From the IMG/VR virus record IMGVR_UViG_2609460053_000008: a stretch of DNA of 43,294 nt; one strand, 5' to 3'. The number at the start of each line of letters is the position of its first letter. Positions within the stretch are counted from its first letter, which is position 1. The DNA comes from a virus (Duplodnaviria; Heunggongvirae; Uroviricota; Caudoviricetes). Below, one piece after another: positions 38,406-43,294 of this stretch. Position numbers and translations under genes: made by a program. The notes beneath the pieces were generated by a model that saw only the letters and a program-made list of their open reading frames with translations, did no database searches and had not been told where the DNA came from.

Positions 38406-39082
38406 GCAAATACACCGAACTGATCACGAACTACCACGCCACCAAACCTAAATTTCTTGCACATGTTGATCTGATGACCCGGCCGCTTATTGATGTTGCG
38501 GCTGCCACCAGAGGGCTGATTACTGCATTTGATATTGACTCTGCGGTTGGTGTGCAACTTGACATTCTTGGATTGTGGATCGGACGTAGCCGTGTTGTCA
38601 GCCAGCCTATCTCAGGTGTCTATTTCAGCTGGGATACCGACGGGCTTGGATATGATCAGGGTGTATGGCAGGGGCCATACGATCCTGATTCCGGATACAT
38701 GTACCTCAGCGATGAAACTTATCGTGTCATCCTTAAAGCGAAGATTGCGATTAATAACTGGGACGGACGGAATGATTCGCTTCCGGCAATTCTTGACGCG
38801 GCGACAGCAGGATCCGGACTGCGAATGCAGATAGTCGATAACCAGGACATGACGATATCGGTCTGGCTCTTTCCTGATACTGATATTTCAGATGTATCGC
38901 GTGAGTTAATTGCTGCAATTAAACAGGGATATCTCACAGTAAAAGCCGCCGGGGTTTGGGCGGGTGGCATTGAAACACCTTCGGTGGAAACTCCATCGGA
39001 AGGTTCAAAATTTTTTGGTTTTGATATGGATAACGAATTCATCAGTGGTTTTGATGTAGGGGCATGGGGAGTATTACTCTGA
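38402..39082 (+). CDS. Baseplate/tail protein I-like
   Basis: 226 aa between J-like and tail fibre genes. Confidence 0.5.
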   Translation: MSKYTELITNYHATKPKFLAHVDLMTRPLIDVAAATRGLITAFDIDSAVGVQLDILGLWIGRSRVVSQPISGVYFSWDTDGLGYDQGVWQGPYDPDSGYMYLSDETYRVILKAKIAINNWDGRNDSLPAILDAATAGSGLRMQIVDNQDMTISVWLFPDTDISDVSRELIAAIKQGYLTVKAAGVWAGGIETPSVETPSEGSKFFGFDMDNEFISGFDVGAWGVLL

Positions 39083-41505
39083 TGGCGAAAAATGACTTTA
39101 AAGCGTTTGCAACTGATCGGAATGCCAATGTTATGTCGCAGGAGGAATGGGAAGCGTTGCCTGCGCTTTTATCCGGATTTACAGCAGGGAAAGCATCCAG
39201 TGCGCAGGTGAACAAAGCCATTCGACAGGCCAGCTTTATTGCTGCAGCTCTGGCCCAGTTTGTAAGTGACAAAACGCAACGGGATGTGCTTGATAATGGT
39301 GATCTGCCCGGTTTTGTTGAATTGCTTGGATCGGGGTTTGCTGTTGAATACCTGAGTCGCAAGAATCCGTTTGGTGATATCAAATCGGACGGCACGGTAG
39401 AACGCGCTCTTGAAAATCTGGGGTTACAGGATGTAAAAGCTGGTTCATTGAACAATCTGTACACTAACCATTCCCGTAGTGTCTTAATGGAATTGCCGTT
39501 ATTATTCCCGGACTACGATACGGTGCTGGCTGCTCAGTCTGGTGCGGAATATATGTATCCACAGGGATTTGTGGTGACAGGAGAAAAAATCTATCTGAGT
39601 TATACCGTTGAGCCAAAGCAGACACGGAACGTTATAGTTCAGTACACAACATCCGGCGAATATGAGGGATATTATTATGTCGATAATGGAGGTCGTGGCG
39701 TTGTCAGCGAAGGCCTTGTGGTGACAACGGATTACGGTGGATTACGTTTGTTCATGTCAGGAGAAAATGGATTACTGAAACAGTTTTCGCTTGATGGGGC
39801 AATTTCTGGTTCAGTATTGCCGTTAATTGATGAACATGATGTCGGTGTTTACAACCAGTTCAGCTATCGTAAAAACCGCTGGGTGGTTGAACAGTCAGCG
39901 CCGGAAGTGGGAGGCCTGATCACCCGCACAGTATTTGCGGTGTATGATTTTCAGTTTCGTCGGACAGGGACATTCACATTACCGTTGCATGATTCCGGAT
40001 ATATCACGGAAAGCACAGACAGCTATGCAAGACGCTTCACAAAACGTCAGGGAATTGCTGTGGGAGACGATTATATTGCCTGTTCTTATGGTGGCTATTT
40101 TAATACCGGGGCATCAGCCGGATTTAACCAGTTTCAGGGGGTTAAGGTCTTTTCTCCGGATGGAGTAAAGCAGCAGGAATCCATTCTTCATCCCCAAAAA
40201 ATGATAGATGTGCTTACCAGGCAGGGTTTTACACCTTCGCGCATTGAGAACGAAGGAATTTGTATTTCTGACGACGGCGGCAGTATATATTCGCTTTATA
40301 TCTTTCTGGAGCGTGGGTTACCACAGGCTTATCAGAAAGGAATTGTTCTGATGAAAGAGTTCAGTACTGGCAGAGATGCTATTGATTTTCGTCAGGCAGC
40401 CTGGTTGTACACGGGGTTTGATGTGTCTCATGCCAGTATTGGAACATTTCCCCGTAGTGCCCAGGGGTTGGTAAACCCGGTGTTGGGGACGGTATTCACA
40501 TCCCTGTCTGAAATTCTGGCATATATGCGTTCTGTGAGTCAGAAATGGTTTTGTCTGCATACAACCACGACACCGATTAAAGATCTGAGTGGAAATGACA
40601 TTCCTGCTGACAATTATGTGTTCATCAAGAATGCTAATAACCAGACATTCTATATAACGCAGGAGTCAGCTGAAGGTGGAATAAAATATAAAGCTGTCAC
40701 TACAGACAGCGGAGAATATGGTTTTCAGCGACAAAGAGAGGCAATCTGGTCCAATGTTATCACCATCGCACAAAAGAGCGATGGTGAGGATCAGTTTAAT
40801 CGTATTATCGCTGCCTCGAAAAGTGGTTCAGGTAAAAATCAGGATAAAATACTGGTAGTTGACCAACAGGCATCAGAGGGGAATAACACGCTGGTAATTG
40901 GCGGTGGTTCATCTGTGTTCAGGTCAGCGACAGTGATTGATTTTGCAACGAATCAGGATGCAAATGCCACAGGAGGAGAAAAGAGATGGCGCATAGATTC
41001 ATCAGGAAATCTCCGCCCTTATACAGATAATACGTATTCGATCGGTTATGCCTCATGGCGACCCGCACAGGTTTATTCAGCTACGGGAAGTATCAGTACA
41101 TCAGACCGGACTCATAAACAGGACGAAACAATTCTGTCGGATGCAGAAAAAAGGGTTGCCAGAAAGCTGCTCGGGTATATCTGTCGGTTCCGTTTCAGGG
41201 ATGCAGTGTCCAGCAAAGGGAACGCAGCCAGATGGCATGTAGGAGTGATTGCTCAGGACGTACAGAAGGTCTTCTCTGAGGAAGGGCTGGACGCTTTTGA
41301 TTACGGTATTTTGTGTCGTGATGAATATCCGGCGGAATATGAAGTGGTTTACGGGACTCGTATGGAGCTTGGTCCTGACGGACTCCTTACAATGGAAGAA
41401 TACGATACCGGAGAGCGCAAGCTGGTCAGGGAGGCTGGTGAAATAATGTCTGTAAGGAATGATGAGCTGCATTATTTCATGCTGGCATCGCTGTCTGGCC
41501 AGTGA
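39082..41505 (+). CDS. Tail fibre protein with C-terminal intramolecular chaperone (peptidase S74-like) domain
   Basis: 807 aa; C-terminal motif SDRTHKQDETI...RWHVGVIAQDVQKVF from 41101; start could be 39064. Confidence 0.85.
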   Translation: MAKNDFKAFATDRNANVMSQEEWEALPALLSGFTAGKASSAQVNKAIRQASFIAAALAQFVSDKTQRDVLDNGDLPGFVELLGSGFAVEYLSRKNPFGDIKSDGTVERALENLGLQDVKAGSLNNLYTNHSRSVLMELPLLFPDYDTVLAAQSGAEYMYPQGFVVTGEKIYLSYTVEPKQTRNVIVQYTTSGEYEGYYYVDNGGRGVVSEGLVVTTDYGGLRLFMSGENGLLKQFSLDGAISGSVLPLIDEHDVGVYNQFSYRKNRWVVEQSAPEVGGLITRTVFAVYDFQFRRTGTFTLPLHDSGYITESTDSYARRFTKRQGIAVGDDYIACSYGGYFNTGASAGFNQFQGVKVFSPDGVKQQESILHPQKMIDVLTRQGFTPSRIENEGICISDDGGSIYSLYIFLERGLPQAYQKGIVLMKEFSTGRDAIDFRQAAWLYTGFDVSHASIGTFPRSAQGLVNPVLGTVFTSLSEILAYMRSVSQKWFCLHTTTTPIKDLSGNDIPADNYVFIKNANNQTFYITQESAEGGIKYKAVTTDSGEYGFQRQREAIWSNVITIAQKSDGEDQFNRIIAASKSGSGKNQDKILVVDQQASEGNNTLVIGGGSSVFRSATVIDFATNQDANATGGEKRWRIDSSGNLRPYTDNTYSIGYASWRPAQVYSATGSISTSDRTHKQDETILSDAEKRVARKLLGYICRFRFRDAVSSKGNAARWHVGVIAQDVQKVFSEEGLDAFDYGILCRDEYPAEYEVVYGTRMELGPDGLLTMEEYDTGERKLVREAGEIMSVRNDELHYFMLASLSGQ

Positions 41506-41516
41506 ATAATATTAAT

Positions 41517-41541
41517 GTAAGGAGCGATATAAGCTCCTTAC
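41517..41541 (+). terminator. Hairpin terminator after the tail fibre gene
   Basis: GTAAGGAGC-GATATAA-GCTCCTTAC perfect 9-bp stem. Confidence 0.5.
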
Positions 41542-42201
41542 ATCATGCATTTTATGCTGCGATTATGCGTTCTCCTGTTGTTTGTTGCTGAGAGTGAAAC
41601 ACCGGAAACATACTGGTGGATTGAAATGTTCTGTGTGGCAGCGTATGAATATGTCGTGGTAGGGTGGATAAAAAATGCCCGTGATGATCCGGGCAACATA
41701 GCAGTATGCATTTTTCTATTGTGAACTGATGCATTATACAAGTAATGCTGTTATTGAGGAAAGTTTAAAGAAGCGGCTCTTCTCCGCCTGTAAAGTTTGG
41801 TCATTATTGCTTTATATATAAGTTCCACCAGTAGGCGATCATCTATGATGTTGGCGTATCGACTTTGTATAAGAAGTTTCCAGTCGGAGATAAATGAAAC
41901 CGTAGCACGTCGTATGCAAGAACGTGCCACGGCTGGCTGATGGACGTTCGATAGCGCGAGTTTGAATGAAAATCAGCCGGAGGTGATTTTACATAATTGT
42001 TGCGGAATCATTCAATATAGGGATTGCTTATTTCTGCCTGGATTGGTCTGAAATAGTCCCGAAATTTTCTCTAAAAAACTCGAAAAAAATGGTAACTAAT
42101 TGAATGCATTAATATGCAATGGTACGTGTTTGGGATTAAAAGATGAGCGTGATTTTGTTTAACACATTAATTTAAAAAGGGTTTCTTGTTTGTTGACGAA
42201 A

Positions 42202-42228
42202 ACAGGAATCGTGTTCGGTCTCTTTTTA
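42202..42228. repeat. attR core, right copy of imperfect direct repeat ACAGGAATCGTGTTCGGTCTCTTTTTA
   Basis: 25 of 27 positions identical to 578-604; flanked inside by CGAAA-type arm-like motifs at 42059-42085. Confidence 0.6.
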
Positions 42229-42358
42229 TCTGTTAAAAGCCAGAAGCATTCCCTTCGCTGACTTTATAGTCAACCATAACACACACTCTACTGTCTGAGT
42301 CCAGCGTTTTTTAACATTCTTGTTAAGATTATGTGATCTTTAGCGCGGGAGGAAAATA

Positions 42359-43018
42359 TTGATGAAACAGCCTGCGCCCGTTTATCAGAGAATTGCGGGT
42401 CATCAATGGCGACATATCTGGCTTTCAGGCGATATACACGGTTGTCTTGAGCAGTTGCGCCGCAAATTATGGCATTGTGGTTTTGAACCGTGGCGAGATT
42501 TACTTATCTCAGTGGGAGACGTTATCGATCGTGGGCCGCAAAGTTTACGTTGCCTGCAGTTACTGGAACAACATTGGGTTCGTGCGGTAAGAGGCAATCA
42601 TGAACAGATGGCGATGGATGCGCTGGCATCCCAGCAGATGTCTTTATGGTTGATGAATGGCGGCGACTGGTTTATTGCGCTGGCAGATAATCAACAGAAA
42701 CAAGCGAAAACGGCGCTGGAAAAATGTCAGCATTTGCCCTTTATTCTTGAAGTACACAGCCGCACCGGCAAACATGTTATTGCTCATGCCGATTATCCAG
42801 ATGATGTTTATGAATGGCAAAAGGACGTTGATTTGCATCAGGTCTTGTGGAGCCGCTCGCGATTAGGTGAACGCCAAAAAGGGCAGGGAATTACAGGTGC
42901 TGATCATTTCTGGTTTGGTCATACACCGTTGCGCCATCGCGTGGATATTGGCAACCTGCATTATATTGATACCGGTGCTGTCTTTGGGGGCGAACTGACT
43001 CTTGTGCAATTGCAATAA
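42359..43018 (+). CDS. pphA: Serine/threonine protein phosphatase 1 (PphA/PrpA)
   Basis: GDIHGC, GDVIDRG and GNHE metallophosphatase motifs; matches recalled E. coli PphA. Confidence 0.9.
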   Translation: MMKQPAPVYQRIAGHQWRHIWLSGDIHGCLEQLRRKLWHCGFEPWRDLLISVGDVIDRGPQSLRCLQLLEQHWVRAVRGNHEQMAMDALASQQMSLWLMNGGDWFIALADNQQKQAKTALEKCQHLPFILEVHSRTGKHVIAHADYPDDVYEWQKDVDLHQVLWSRSRLGERQKGQGITGADHFWFGHTPLRHRVDIGNLHYIDTGAVFGGELTLVQLQ

Positions 43019-43294
43019 TTAAAAATCACCGTACTCCTGTGCAGGTCGCCAGAAACCATCTATAAAATCCTCGATTGGAAAACAACCGCCATGGCGGATC
43101 CGTTGATCGCTCATAGAATAAAGACACTGCTGTTCCGTGTTGTAGACATCCACAACAATATCTTCACAACCGCCATCCAGGTAGCAAACAAAAAGTACCA
43201 GCGCGAACATTTCATCCCCGAAGTGTGGTGCCGTACCGTTAAGTTTAGGAGAGATTTTACAACGGGGGAATAACCAGGACAAATAACCCGCCAT
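43019..43294 (-). CDS. Host hypothetical protein; ORF reaches the window edge so the 5' end may lie outside
   Basis: 91-aa ORF whose minus-strand ATG is the last codon of the window. Confidence 0.35.
   Translation of the reverse strand: MAGYLSWLFPRCKISPKLNGTAPHFGDEMFALVLFVCYLDGGCEDIVVDVYNTEQQCLYSMSDQRIRHGGCFPIEDFIDGFWRPAQEYGDF

Larger units (their letters stand above)
578..42228. mobile_element. Composite prophage: lambda-type int/xis, Rac-like early genes, contractile-tail structural module
   Basis: Bounded by imperfect direct repeats; int adjacent to attL; complete early, lysis, head and tail modules; host genes yebY and pphA flank. Confidence 0.8.

Noticed and set aside
41538-41741. Two overlapping minus-strand ORFs (67 and 60 aa) after the tail fibre
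   Set aside because: Mutually overlapping in different frames, His/Thr-rich low-complexity products, no RBS.
1-43294. Search for IS elements, transposases, CRISPR arrays or rRNA
   Set aside because: No transposase-like ORF, no terminal inverted repeats bracketing an ORF, no regularly spaced direct repeats and no rRNA-like conserved stretch were seen.

Overview
The window is an approximately 41.6 kb composite prophage (about 578-42228) inserted between host genes yebY (1-342) and pphA (42359-43018). The insertion point lies in the 3' end of a small RNA that I recognise from memory as SdsR/RyeB (501-603); a degenerate second copy of its 3' end sits at the right junction (42202-42228). Gene order, read left to right: lambda-type integrase and excisionase; a Rac-like leftward early operon (lar/ralR, RecT-like, recE, racC, ydaE, kilR); an immunity region with an HTH repressor and divergent Cro-like/YdaT-like genes; a replication module (initiator plus DnaC-like loader); a Nin-like region carrying small accessory genes and a hok/mok type I toxin locus; antiterminator Q with a PR'-like promoter and tR'-like terminator; a Q-to-lysis accessory slot; holin, lambda R-like endolysin and Rz/Rz1; terminase, portal and capsid genes; and a contractile-tail module (sheath, tube, frameshifted chaperone pair, tape measure, baseplate, and a tail fibre with a C-terminal self-cleaving chaperone domain). 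No CRISPR array, rRNA, canonical tRNA or transposase was found. The candidates most worth a second look are the two-gene cassette interrupting the baseplate operon (35146-36081), the hok locus with an adjacent small membrane protein, the Q-to-lysis slot genes, and the small acidic proteins in the Nin-like region. All calls rest on reading the sequence and recalled protein families; no database search was run.
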